A stretch of 64,000 nt of DNA, from assembly GCA_002269645.1 (NCBI GenBank), contig NIVC01001414.1, positions 186,001-250,000 on the forward strand, read 5' to 3'. The notes under the pieces were generated by a model, which made no database searches, had not been told where the DNA came from, and saw only the letters and a list, made by a program, of their open reading frames with translations. Positions within the stretch are counted from its first letter, which is position 1. Each line of letters begins with the position of its first letter. The stretch comes from Macrostomum lignano. Its lineage: Eukaryota. Positions 34,960 through 47,200 of the stretch are shown piece after piece. Both the position numbers and the translations under genes were made by a program.

Positions 34960-35525
34960 AATAGTGTACAGATGCCTTTTGGTTTTTCCTATGTAGGAAA
35001 TGCTCTGATCACTAGAGCAACAGAATTGATAGATGACACCAGCAGACAGAGCTCTAGGGGCCTTCGACTTCAACCTGCTAACAAACTGGCCGATTTTGGC
35101 GGTCTGAAACGCAGCCATGACCCGAGAGTTGAAATACTTCAAGAAGGTTCTTTTAAGCTTCTTTTCCAGACTCAGGGACGGGACACCAAGGAATGGGAGT
35201 TTGATCAGCACATCACTGGAATTCGAACTCTTAGCTTCGTCTGTCAAACTAGACTCAGTCATTTTCTTAGTCAGAAATCTGTTCAGCACTTTACCAACAA
35301 AACCCCTAGAAAAACCATTACGTTGAAAAATGTCAGTGAGCTTGACCACTTCTTGGTGGAAAGATTGCCAGGTACTACAGATATTGAACGCTTTGTGCAT
35401 CATCCAACGGACAAGACCAGCCTTCCATTGGCGCGGGCACAACGCATTAAAGTTGAGCATGAGACTGCCCTACTATATTATAACTGCCCTACTACATTAC
35501 GTATTCAAGGCTCCGTATAACAAAA
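34960..35525 (-). mobile_element. 5'-truncated Penelope/Poseidon-type retroelement fragment (RT thumb plus GIY-YIG start)
   Basis: LNFNALCPRQWK, AFNICST..FHQEV..L..IFQRNGF, IKLPFLG, GVIYQFCC....SYIGKTKRHL. No Cys-rich linker. Confidence 0.8.
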
Positions 35526-35689
35526 GATGATCCAAACTCCTCAAGCCGCATCAGCTTCCAAGACAAAAAAGGAACACCTCCACATGTAAAGTTGATAAAA
35601 GTAGTGTATAATGAACATGGCGTGAGCAGAACGGGTTTGCCGAGACCCAAACGGCTGCTGGATCTGAATGAAGGCGAGCCAACAAGTGG

Positions 35690-36760
35690 CTTACTGCCCA
35701 TCAGGAACTCGTGCTCCAGCAGCTCCAGTGCAAAGCTTCTTTCCCTGCGGTCCTTGGCGATGCACCGGCTGTAGAAATCCCTCAGCTCTGCGGACCGGCC
35801 GTCCGGCAGGGCGGGGGCGCGCCGCTCCTGTCGATCAGTTGGGTCATTTCTATGAAGATTTTAACGTTCGCGAACGGCCTCGCACCAGACGTCATCTGGA
35901 AGACCGAGCAGCCGAACGCCTAGATGTCCGACTCTCTGCTGTACTGCACGCTGTCCGACTCTCCCGCTCCGAGCAGCTCTGGCGCCATGAAGTTCAGAGT
36001 GCCTTTGGGTGACTGAGTGGAGGCTGAGATGTGGCTGACTGACTGCTCCAACTTGATTGACAGACCAAATTCGATCAGCTGGATTCGCGTGTTGTCAGCA
36101 CAAACAATTATCAGCAGTAGTATGTTCGAGCAGTATGTTCGAGCAGTTGATGTCTCTGTGGATCACGGGCGGCTGCCGGCTGTGCAGGTAGAGCAGCGCG
36201 CTGCAGATCTGCGAGCGGTCGGTCAGTGAGCAGTCATCATTCATGGGAACATGGAACAGGAGCTTCAAGGATGCACAATGCTTAACTGCTCGCTGAAGTC
36301 TCGAATCTTTGGTTCGTCCAGCGGCTTGTTGCCGATAAACCTCTCCAAGCTTCGGCCGTCCAGCAGCTCCATGAACACAACGACTGTGGCGGGCTCCGTC
36401 TGAGCGATGTGCAAGAACCTGACGATGTTGGGATGCCGCAGTCGGCACAGGTTTCTCTCACTCTCGACAGCTCTGTGGATCTCTGTGCTCACAGTGGTTT
36501 GGTCATCACCGAGCTGCACAGGCAGTCTGAGAGTCTTGGCAGCGCACGTGACGCCCGTGTCAGTTCGAACTTCATGGACATCGCCGAAGCCTCCACGGCC
36601 GATGAGGCGAACAGAGTCCCAGCGCTCCAGGAACGGGGGAAGGTCTGAGGATCCTTTGGGTCTGATGACTTTGTGGACTTCGCCAAAGCCTCCACGGCCG
36701 TTTAAGCGAACGGCGTCCCGGCGTCCCAAATAGGGGGGAGGGTCAGAGGATCCTTCGTGT
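35690..36760 (-). pseudogene. Protein kinase domain, copy 2 (pseudogene)
   Basis: GRGGFG (twice), CAAK and HRDINCSN are present. Lesions: a 25-nt insertion at about 36112-36136 (frameshift), DFG changed to EFG, and TGG to TAG at 35920-35922. Confidence 0.85.
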
Positions 36761-36824
36761 CTAAGGAAATGCAATTTGAAGCAATGAGAGATATTTTGCA
36801 TGCAGTAGCCGTATGTGTTGTATC

Positions 36825-37145
36825 TGTGTGCTGTAGCTGAGTGTGCTGTAGCTGTGTGTACTGTAGCTGTGTGTGCTGTAGCTGTGTGTGCTGTAGCTGT
36901 GTGCTGTAGCTGTGTGTGCTGTAGCTGTGTGTGCTGTAGTTGTGTACTGTAGCTGTGCGTGCTGTAGCTGTGTGCTGTAGCTGTGTGTGCTATAGCTGTG
37001 TGTGCTGTAGCTGCGTGCTGTAGCTGTGTGCTGTAGCTGTGCGTGCTGTAGCTGTGTGTGCTGTAGCTGTGTGTGCTGTAGCTATGTGCTATAGCTGTGT
37101 GTGCTGTAGCTATGTGCTATAGCTGTGTGTGCTGTAGCTGTGCTG
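36825..37145. repeat. 13-15-bp minisatellite (GCTGTAGCTGTGTGT)n
   Basis: Directly visible, upstream of the kinase exon. Confidence 0.9.
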
Positions 37146-37430
37146 TCGGATGACGTCGTGGGCCAGAGTCTGGAGATCGGCTGGTGAGTTTCCGACGCTT
37201 GCCCAGTTGGTGGGGTCCGGCTGAGTGAGTTCCTGCAACTGCAATTGAGGCACCCAAGCTGCACATTCAAACATGAGAAATATATTGAGAAACATGAAAT
37301 ACGAGCGTACTCGATTAAGACTTGCTTCTTCATTAAGTGTCACGACGCTAGACGAGGTGGCTCTCCTGGAACATTGAATTTTGGCTAAATTTAGGATACA
37401 CCTTTTTAAGGAAGTCTGTCTGTCTGTCTT

Positions 37431-37537
<107 letters not shown>

Positions 37538-37582
37538 TTCTATCTTTTTGTATGGATTCATATATGTATGTCTGTATGTTAC

Positions 37583-37774
37583 TTTTGTTTTGATTCCTGG
37601 TCGGTGTCGAGCTGAAACACTTTGATGTCTCTTTCGATCTCGCTATCAGCACCCAATCCGTGTTGGTGCTGAGCGCTGTAACTCGTGAACGGCTCGCCAG
37701 CCCTGACCGCCAATTTGCTGTCGCCCTCGCTTGCGGCCACTTCTGAAGTGGCATCCGTTGCCGCTTTACGTTTT
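37583..37774 (-). CDS. Linker exon of the ANK-kinase gene, copy 2
   Basis: 192-nt phase-2/phase-2 exon (KRKAATDATSEVAASEGDSK...) homologous to 11061-11276. Confidence 0.55.
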
Positions 37775-38214
37775 CTGCCGAAATAAAAATGGATCAGTTT
37801 CGGTGCGGTTAAAAATGATTTTATGCTAATTCTTAGGCTATACTTTATTTGAACTAATAAAAAACGAAAAATAAATCTGAATATAAAAAACTTGTCAATA
37901 AAATTTAACTATTTATCGACGTGACGGGAGTTGAAGTTTCATGCGCAGAGTATTTAAGCTGTGTTTTTATTGAATTTTGCAAGATTTTTCATTATGTCTC
38001 CATTTTCTGGAGTCATTGGGTAAAATACTTTATCTTCTGCAGTTAACTGTTTTAAATTCGATGCTTTATCTAAGAATTCCTGTTCAAATTTACGCGGGGA
38101 ACACTACAAGAGTAATTGGTTAGGGGGAACAAAGCCAAGAATTCTACATGTACATGTGCATGACTTGTACATGACTAAATTCCTAGATGAACATTATTTT
38201 CAGAATCGGCGTTG

Positions 38215-41200
38215 TCAGCTCTCATTTTGGCTCCGTATGCAGTCATTTTGGCTCCGCATGCAGTCATTTTGGCTCCGCAGGCAGTCATTTTGGCTCCGCA
38301 GGCAGATGTTTTGGCTCCGCAGGCAGTCATTTTGGCGCCGCAGGCAGTTGTTTTGGCTCCGCAGGCAGTCATTTTGGCTCCGCAGGCACTCATTTTGGCT
38401 CCGCAGGCAGTCATTTTGGCTCCGCAGGCAGTCATTTTGGCTCCGCAGGCAGTCATTTTGGCTCCGCATGCAGTCATTTTGGCTTTGCAGGCACTCATTT
38501 TGGCTCCGCAGGCAGTCATTTTGGCTCCGCAGGCAGTCATTTTGGCTCCGCAGGCAGTTGTTTTGGCTCCGCAGGCAGTCATTTTGGCTCCGCAGGCAGT
38601 CATTTTGGCTCCGCAGGCAGTCATTTTGGCTCCGCAGGCAGTCATTTTGGCTCCGCAGGCAGTCATTTTGGCTCCGCAGGCAGTCATTTTGGCTCCGCAG
38701 GCACTCATTTTGGCTCCGCAGGCAGTCATTTTGGCTCCGCAGGCAGTCATTTTGGCTCCGCAGGCAGCTATTTTGGCTCCGTAGGCAGCTATTTTGACTC
38801 AGCAGGCAGCTATTTTGGCTCCGCAGGCAGTCATTTTGGCTCCGCAGGCAGCTATTTTGGCTCCGTAGGCAGCTATTTTGACTCCGCAGGCAGTCATTTT
38901 GGCTCCGCAGGCAGTCATTTTGGCGCCGCAGGCAGTTGTTTTGGCTCCGCAGGCAGTCATTTTGGCTCCGCATGCAGTCATTTTGGCGCCGCAGGCAGTC
39001 ATTTTGGCTCCGCATGCAGTCATTTTGGCTCCGCAGGCAGTCATTTTGGCTCCGCAGGCAGTCATTTTGGCTCCGCAGGCAGTCATTTTGGATCCGCATG
39101 CAGTTGTTTTGGCTCCGCAGGCAGCTATTTTGGCTCCGCAGGCAGTCATTTTGGCTCCGCAGGCAGTCATTTTGGCTCCGCAGGCAGTCATTTTGGCTCC
39201 GTAGGCAGTCATTTTGGCTCCGCAGGCAGTCATTTTGGCTCCGCAGGCAGTCATTTTGGCGCCGCAGGCAGCTATTTTGGCTCCGCAGGCAGTCATTTTG
39301 GCTCCGCAGGCAGTCATTTTGGCTCCGCAGGCAGTCATTTTGGCTTTGCAGGCACTCATTTTGGCTCCGCAGGCACTCATTTTGGCTCCGCAGGCACTCA
39401 TTTTGGCTCCGCAGGCAGTCATTTTGGCTCCGCATGCAGTTGTTTTGGTTTCGCAGGCAGTCATTTTGGCTCCGCAGGCAGTTGTTTTGGCTCCGCAGGC
39501 AGTCATTTTGGCTCCGCAGGCAGTCATTTTGGCTCCGCATGCAGTTGTTTTGGCTCCGCAGGCAGCTATTTTGGCTCCGCAGGCAGTCATTTTGGCTCCG
39601 CATGCAGTCATTTTGGCTCCGCAGGCAGTCATTTTGGCTCCGCATGCAGTTGTTTTGGCTCCGCAGGCAGTCATTTTGGCTCCGCAGGCAGTCATTTTGG
39701 CGCCGCAGGCAGCTATTTTGGCTCCGCAGGCAGTCATTTTGGCTCCGCAGGCAGCTATTTTGGCTCCGTAGGCAGTCATTTTGGCTCCGCATGCAGTCAT
39801 TTTGGCTCCGCAGGCAGTCATTTTGGCTCCGCAGGCAGTCATTTTGGCTCCGCATGCAGTCATTTTGGCTCCGCAGGCAGTCATTTTGGCTCCGCAGGCA
39901 GCTATTTTGGCTCCGTAGGCAGTCATTTTGGCTCCGCAGGCAGTCATTTTGGCTTCGCAGGCAGTCATTTTGGCGCCGCAGGCAGCTATTTTGGCTCCGC
40001 AGGCAGTCATTTTGGCTCCGCAGGCAGTTGTTTTGGCTCCGCAGGCAGTCATTTTGGCTTTGCAGGCACTCATTTTGGCTCCGCAGGCACTCATTTTGGC
40101 TCCGCAGGCAGTCATTTTGGCTCCGCAGGCAGTCATTTTGGCTCCGCATGCAGTTGTTTTGGCTTCGCAGGCAGTCATTTTGGCTCCGCAGGCAGTTGTT
40201 TTGGCTCCGCAGGCAGTTGTTTTGGCTCCGCAGGCAGTCATTTTGGCTCCGCAGGCAGTCATTTTGGCTCCGCATGCAGTCATTTTGGCTCCGCAGGCAG
40301 TCATTTTGGCTGAGCAGGCAGTCATTTTGGCTCCGCAGGCAGTCATTTTGGCTGAGCAGGCAGTCATTTTGGCTCCGCAGGCAGTCATTTTGGATCCGCA
40401 TGCAGTCGTTTTGGCTCCGCAGGCAGTCATTTTGGCTCCGCAGGCAGTCATTTTGGCTCCGCAGGCAGTCATTTTGGCTCCCCAGGCAGTCATTTTGGCT
40501 CCGCAGGCAGCTATTTTGGCTTCGTAGGCAGCTATTTTGACTCCGCAGGCAGCTATTTTGGCGCCGCAGGCAGTCATTTTGGCTCCGCAGGCAGTCATTT
40601 TGGCTCCGCAGGCAGCTATTTTGGCGCCGCAGGCAGTTGTTTTGGCTCCGCAGGCAGTCATTTTGGCGCCGCAGGCAGTTGTTTTGGCTCCGCAGGCAGT
40701 CATTTTGGCTCCGCAGGCAGTCATTTTGGCTCCGCATGCAGTCATTTTGGCTCCGCAGGCAGTCATTTTGGCTCCGCAGGCAGCTATTTTGGCTCCGCAG
40801 GCAGTCATTTTGGCTTTGCAGGCACTCATTTTGGCTCCGCAGGCAGTCATTTTGGCTCCGCAGGCAGTCATTTTGGCTCCGCAGGCAGTCATTTTGGCTC
40901 CGCATGCAGTTGTTTTGGCTCCGCATGCAGTTGTTTTGGCTTCGCAGGCAGTCATTTTGGCTCCGCAGGCAGTCATTTTGGCTCCGCAGGCAGTTGTTTT
41001 GGCTCCGCAGGAAGTTGTTTTGGCTCCGCAGGCAGTCATTTTGGCTCCGCAGGCAGTCATTTTGGCTCCGCATGCAGTCATTTTGGCTCCGCCGGCAGCT
41101 ATTTTGGCTCCGCAGGCAGCTATTTTGGCGCCGCAGGCAGTCATTTTGGCTCCGCAGGCAGTCATTTTGGCTCCGCATGCAGTCATTTTGGCTCCGCAGG

Positions 41201-42462
41201 CAGTTGTTTTGGCTCCGCAGGCACTCATTTTGGCTCCGCATGCAGTTGTTTTGGCTCCGCAGGCAGCTATTTTGGCTCCGCAGGCAGCTATTTTGGCGCC
41301 GCAGGCAGTCATTTTGGCTCCGCAGGCAGTCATTTTGGCTCCGCATGCAGTCATTTTGGCTCCGCAGGCACTCATTTTGGCTCCGTAGGCAGCTATTTTG
41401 GCGCCGCAGGCAGTTGTTTTGGCTCCGCAGGCAGTCATTTTGGATCCGCATGCAGTTGTTTTGGCTCCGCAGACAGCTATTTTGGCTCCGCAGGCAGTCA
41501 TTTTGGCTCCGCAGGCAGTCATTTTGGCTCCGCAGGCAGTCATTTTGGCTCCGCATGCAGTTGTTTTGGCTCCGCAGGCAGCTATTTTGGCTCCGCAGGC
41601 AGTCATTTTTGCTCCGCAGGCAGTCATTTTGGCTCCGCAGGCAGTCATTTTGGCGCCGCAGGCAGTTGTTTTGGCTCCGCAGGCAGTCATTTTGGCTCCG
41701 CAGGCAGTTGTTTTGGCTCCGCAGGCAGTCATTTTGGCTTTGCAGGCAGTCATTTTGGCTCCGCAGGCAGTCATTTTGGCTCCGCAGGCAGTCATTTTGG
41801 CTCCGCAGGCAGTCATTTTGGCTCCGCAGGCAGTCATTTTGGCTCCGCAGGCAGTCATTTTGGCTCCGCATGCAGTTGTTTTGGCTCCGCAGGCAGTCAT
41901 TTTGGCTCCGCAGGCAGTCATTTTGGCTCCGCAGGCAGTCATTTTGGCGCCGCAGGCAGTCATTTTGGCTCCGCAGGCACTCATTTTGGCTCCGCAGGCA
42001 GTCATTTTGGCTGAGCAGGCAGTCATTTTGGCTCCGCAGGCAGTCATTTTGGCTTTGCAGGCACTCATTTTGGCTCCGCAGGCAGTCATTTTGGCTCCGC
42101 AGGCAGTCATTTTGGCTCCGCAGGCAGTCATTTTGGCTCCGCAGGCAGTCATTTTGGCTCCGCATGCAGTTGTTTTGGCTCCGCAGGCAGTCATTTTGGC
42201 TCCGCAGGCAGTCATTTTGGCTCCGCAGGCAGCTATTTTGGCTCCGCAGGCAGTCATTTTGGCTCCGCATGCAGTCATTTTGGCGCCGCAGGCAGTCATT
42301 TTGGCTCCGCAGGCACTCATTTTGGCTCCGCAGGCAGTCATTTTGGCTCCGCAGGCAGTCATTTTGGCTCCGCAGGCAGTCATTTTGGCTCCGCAGGCAG
42401 TCATTTTGGCTCCGCAGGCAGTCATTTTGGCTCCGCAGGCAGTCATTTTGGCTCCGCAGGCA
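38215..42462. repeat. 21-bp satellite (GCAGGCAGTCATTTTGGCTCC)n, about 200 monomers, intronic
   Basis: Directly visible. Lies between the ANK exon (43515) and the linker exon (37774). Confidence 0.97.
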
Positions 42463-43514
42463 AAATATGCAGCAAAACTATTGATTTACATAACGGCCAC
42501 AAATTAAGGTGGGGTGAAGGGACACAGTATTGGCATGTCCCCCAGATCTTTTGCTGAGGGGGGAGTGGTCATGTCCCTCCTGTACCCGCCGTTGGTGACG
42601 CCTCTGGCCCACAATATGAGTCACTTTGGGCAGTTTATATTTTGCTAAGACGAACTGTGACAGGGTTCTGGAATTCTGGATTGGAATTTTCTAAACTTTC
42701 ATCAGCCGAGTTGCACCATTTGAAGCTGTAGTTAAAGTGACTCAGCTCTGCAGAGTTCTCTGCTCTTTGTCTCAGACTCTCAGTGTTGTAAATTCCATTC
42801 CAGCTCGAAGCTGGCTTTGTGTGTTTTGATTGACTCGTCCATCCTGATAGTTTCGCTCCATTGCTGTCAGTATTTTGGCCAACTTGTAGAAATGTCTTGC
42901 AAGATCTGAAACTCTTGATCAGAATTCGGTCCCAGGTCGGAGGTTCAAGGAACCAAATGCCTCCCCCCCCGGCCCCAGAGGCGTAAGGAGCAGTGTTGGC
43001 AACCAGGGCTGTGCAAAATAGAATGAGTTGTCGGTGCTTCACTGCTCCAGAGCCAACCAATTTACTTAGAAGCATTGTGGGAAAACCGCAGTTTTTGCTG
43101 ATTTTTACTTACTCAAACTTTAGACTACTTTTTACTTATTATTTCCTTTCCAAGGTCTTCAAGTCTTATGAATAAAATTCAATGACGGACCATGTCAAAT
43201 CCACATTTAAAGTCAGAGAAGACAAGATGGAAAGGTCTGTTTTGCTCCGTTTGTGTTTGATGAGACAATAGAGTGGTGATGTGACCCGAAATACCGCAGC
43301 CCTTTCTGTTTCATATCTGACTGGCTGCTAGTAAGTTCAGGCCACGAATGCGCGCCTCCAGCTTGGCTTAAAAAGCCGATTTTTTATGTGGGATGCGAAA
43401 ACGATGCGGGATCTTTTCTTGTAGTTTGGAATCACCACAGCGATTTTGTCTTGCAAATAATAGTCCACCATAAGCAGATATGTTTCAGTTTGTTAGTAAA
43501 AATCTTCAGCTCAC

Positions 43515-43915
43515 CTCACGTTCGGTGTCTCCTCACTTTCCAGCACTGCGACCACCTCCGAGTGTCCTTTGCTCTCTGCCACATTCAGCGGAGTGGCATC
43601 CGAAAAGTTCCTCTTATCGCGGGATGCGCCGTATCTGAGGAAAAGCTCAACGACTTCCGTGTTGCCAGCAGCAGCAGCCAAGTGCAGAGGCGTATTTCCG
43701 TCCAGATCCGCAGCGTCGAGATTTGCACCCAGCTGGAGCAGCAGCTCTGCACACTTGAGGTGACATTTTCTAGACGGTCGCAAGCCTCCACTGGCTGCCA
43801 CAGTGAGAGGAGTTCTTCCCTCCCAGTCTCTCCAGTTGCAGTTCTCTTTGTTTACGGCTTTTGTAAATTCCTTCTGCCTAGCTTGGCTGATGAGGCAGTT
43901 CAGCTTCTCGGCTTC
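43515..43915 (-). CDS. Ankyrin-repeat exon of the ANK-kinase gene, copy 2
   Basis: 401-nt open exon with [25 protein letters not shown]. Paralog of 11608-12008. Confidence 0.85.
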
Positions 43916-44263
43916 CTGAAAATTTTATGGCAAATTTTTAGATGACCATCTGTGGTTTTATTCGATCGCTTTCTCGGCAACAGAAATGTTTTCTTACCGA
44001 AATGGAGTGCTCGTTTAACCCAAAATTCTCTCTAAAATGGTTTGTTTAAACGGTAATTTTCATTTTAAAAGAATGAATGTCTGAATATCCACGGTGATAT
44101 AAAACTAATAAAATAACTAAAAAGATATTTATTACAATTCCTGAAATGTCAAGTATAGTTGTCAGTTATCACCCAGTAGTACTTTTATTCTATTGACAGT
44201 ACTAGGTGTGAAATGTTTAAAATACTCGCAGAAGGGCTGCTGGCGAAAGTGACATGCATCGTT

Positions 44264-47200
44264 TCAGCAACCCCTGCTGAGGCAGTTCTGCCTATTGCGC
44301 TGACTCCTGAGCGCATACGGTACAAGTGCGTCAATACGGTACACAGGCACGCACTCATACACACGATCACACAGGATGCATAGCGGTCCTGACTTTCTAA
44401 TCGTCATACAGGTACACTCTGTGTGCCTTAGGGGTCGGCCCTGATGGCTGTGAATCACACAAAAAACCCCAGCCAATGATCCGTGCACGAGCTCCTAATG
44501 AATGGGGCGGCGCACAGAATCAAAACTCTGAGCTGCTCTGCCGTTGTTTGGCTCCCAGACCTTGAGCCTGACCATTTCAGGTATTTCTACTCACTGCAGA
44601 AGATGCAAGCAGATGTCATCGTAGCCCTGCTTCCACGCAGACCAGTAGATGCTGGCGTATTTCTTGGCACCGCTGTCATGCAGAGTCTCCGGCTCATGCT
44701 TCAAAACAATCTTCACCAGCTCCAGGTTTCCAGCAGAAACAGCCATGGTCAGGGCAGACTGACGGGCCTTGACAGTGAACTGAGAGTTGGCCCCGTTGTC
44801 CAACAACATCTCTGCTACCGGAGCATTCTCTTCTTCTACTGCCAGCAGCAGCGGCGTCATGCAGCTTCCATCTGCGATGTTGATGTCTGCCCTGTGGTTT
44901 GCCAGCAAAGTGTTTAGCAGAGGAATGTTGTTGGAGAGGACGGCGCAGTGCCAGACGGAGTGCTTCCGGCTGTCCGCAGCTTGCGGATCAGCTCCTCTGC
45001 TGATGAGGATTTTGAAACACTCGGCATGAGCCTTGGAGCCTTGAGAGAAGTCCGCGACTGAGGCTGCTGCGGCACAGAGAAGGGCCGTGCGATGAGGAAA
45101 CGATTCGTGTGGGTCTTGCAACACTGACGGATCGGCATCAAGGATTTGAGCGAGCTTTGGCGCATCTCCGGTGGCTGCGAGATGATGCAGAGCTCCGGGA
45201 GTCTGTAAAGATTATTGTGAAGCATATTTACGAGTATATCGAATATTATCGGCTCTATATCGGCTCTATAATATTAATTTATTATGGAATACATCGACAA
45301 TCCTCCAACTTCATAATTTTGTATGCTTACTTACCTCATCTACACTCGTATCAATGAGTCACTTTGAGAACACCATTACAAGAAAAACTTATAACAAAAA
45401 TGTTTCCCGTCGTCTATCCGGGTTTCTATTGTAAACAGCCTTAGTCCAGTGGTACCAGACAAGACTATTTGAAATAATTTTGCCCTATAGGCTATGAGCC
45501 TACCAAACAAAATTAACATTAGATTATATTTAGTATATTGGACTTAGTTACTCAACTGCCACCAAGACTGTGCCCTAGTAACTACCTAGAATAATCAATA
45601 ATAAATTTAATAGTTAAATTGAGTCACCATTATTTCTTTCTTTTCATTTGAACTGTATTGAGTGCTCTGCTACAGCCTTATTAAAAATTTAAGTATCTTT
45701 ATAAGAAGTCATGCACCCAGTACATGCAAGAGTTCGGGAAATTATCGCACCGAATACATTTATTAGGCGCTCGAAGCTTACATGTACTACTCGTAGATGT
45801 ATAGTTTCAAAGCATGGAGTAATGGTGATGATTTTGACAGTAAATTAGAAATTTATATAAATTTACCTGAGTTACTCGTATGAATATTCATGCTGCTACT
45901 GTTTTCTCGAAAGATATATTTTATGTGTATTTCTTATGCGGGTAAATTATATTGGTACATGTACTTGTAGATTAGACCTTATACCGTAACATTTAAGGGT
46001 ACCTAGCTGGAGGACTTCTTAAATCGACTCCCCTTCTGGAAAGTTGAAAATTGCGTCCTGAAAGCTCCTCATGACAAGTACTACAAAAGCATTCCCGCTG
46101 TGCAGGGAGCTTTCGAATCGAGGGGATGGTTTCGAATTTGCGTCGAAATTGAAAAATCGTTAATTTGTCATTAAACTGGTTGGATTATGTTTAAATTAAA
46201 TCAGTGAAAAATATAGTACAGTAACTTTTAAAGCTAGTTTTCGGGTTTCGAATTTCCATCGACTAGAGTTCGATTTTTCGACATCGAAGTCATATCGAAA
46301 AATTTTCGCTAATTCGACAATTACAGTTTGAAAAAAAGTAATGAATCTGCGTGACACGAAGTAACTTTTTTTAAAACAATAAAGCCATGTTTATTCAACA
46401 AATTTAATTGAATGTGTTTTTCCTGTAAAATGTCTTTGTGCGAATTGTCTACTTTGTTAATGTTTTGCAAATTATTAATGTTCTGCTTTAACGAGGGTCT
46501 CCCTAAAACACGCACCGCACCGCCCCGACCGCTACACATTATAACATTTTTGTCAATGCAGTATTTTGATTGCAAAGAAAACTATTTGTTGTAAGAGTAA
46601 CAGAATAATTAACTTTAATTATTACTTTAAATATTATTATTATTTTTCATATTCTTGTTTGCATTATTAAATTAAATTATTATTATTTTATTAATATTAT
46701 TAATTGTATCACTTATTATACACCGAATTTAATATTTTAAAGTAAAAAAACTAAATTTTATAAAAGCTTAAAGCTTAACATAAAACGCATTTTGAAATGT
46801 CTTCAGTTATAGTCCAATTTGTTTTAACGTGTAGCGCTGTGGGGCGGGGCGGTGCGTGTTTTAGGGAGACCCTTTAACGATTAAAAGCGTCTTATTTTCG
46901 CCGCCTCATGCTTGCAGTTGCACATCATTCTTAGGCTATCTAAAGTAAAGCACCGAGGCACTAAATGAGCCCAAGTCTAACCTAATTTAAATTTTGTCAC
47001 TAGCTAGATTTAAGTAAGGGCTCAAGCCTCGAGAAAGTGTAGTAACAGAGTTGTTAGTGCTGCTTAGTGAACTCTATAAAATACTCCTATGGCACATTTA
47101 TAGCATTGACATTTGCATTGCATTGCATTGCAGTAGTCCCTATTGATAGTTTGGCAACTACTATATTGTCATTGAAATTCCCTGCCTGACATATCATCAT

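Noticed and set aside
38187-42507. Very long ORFs (708-1351 aa), including an FG-repeat-like (AGSHFGS)n protein starting at ATG 38187
   Set aside because: The 21-bp consensus is stop-free in five of six frames by construction. Variants change amino acids in every frame with no synonymous bias, and the array is intronic and absent from the paralog.
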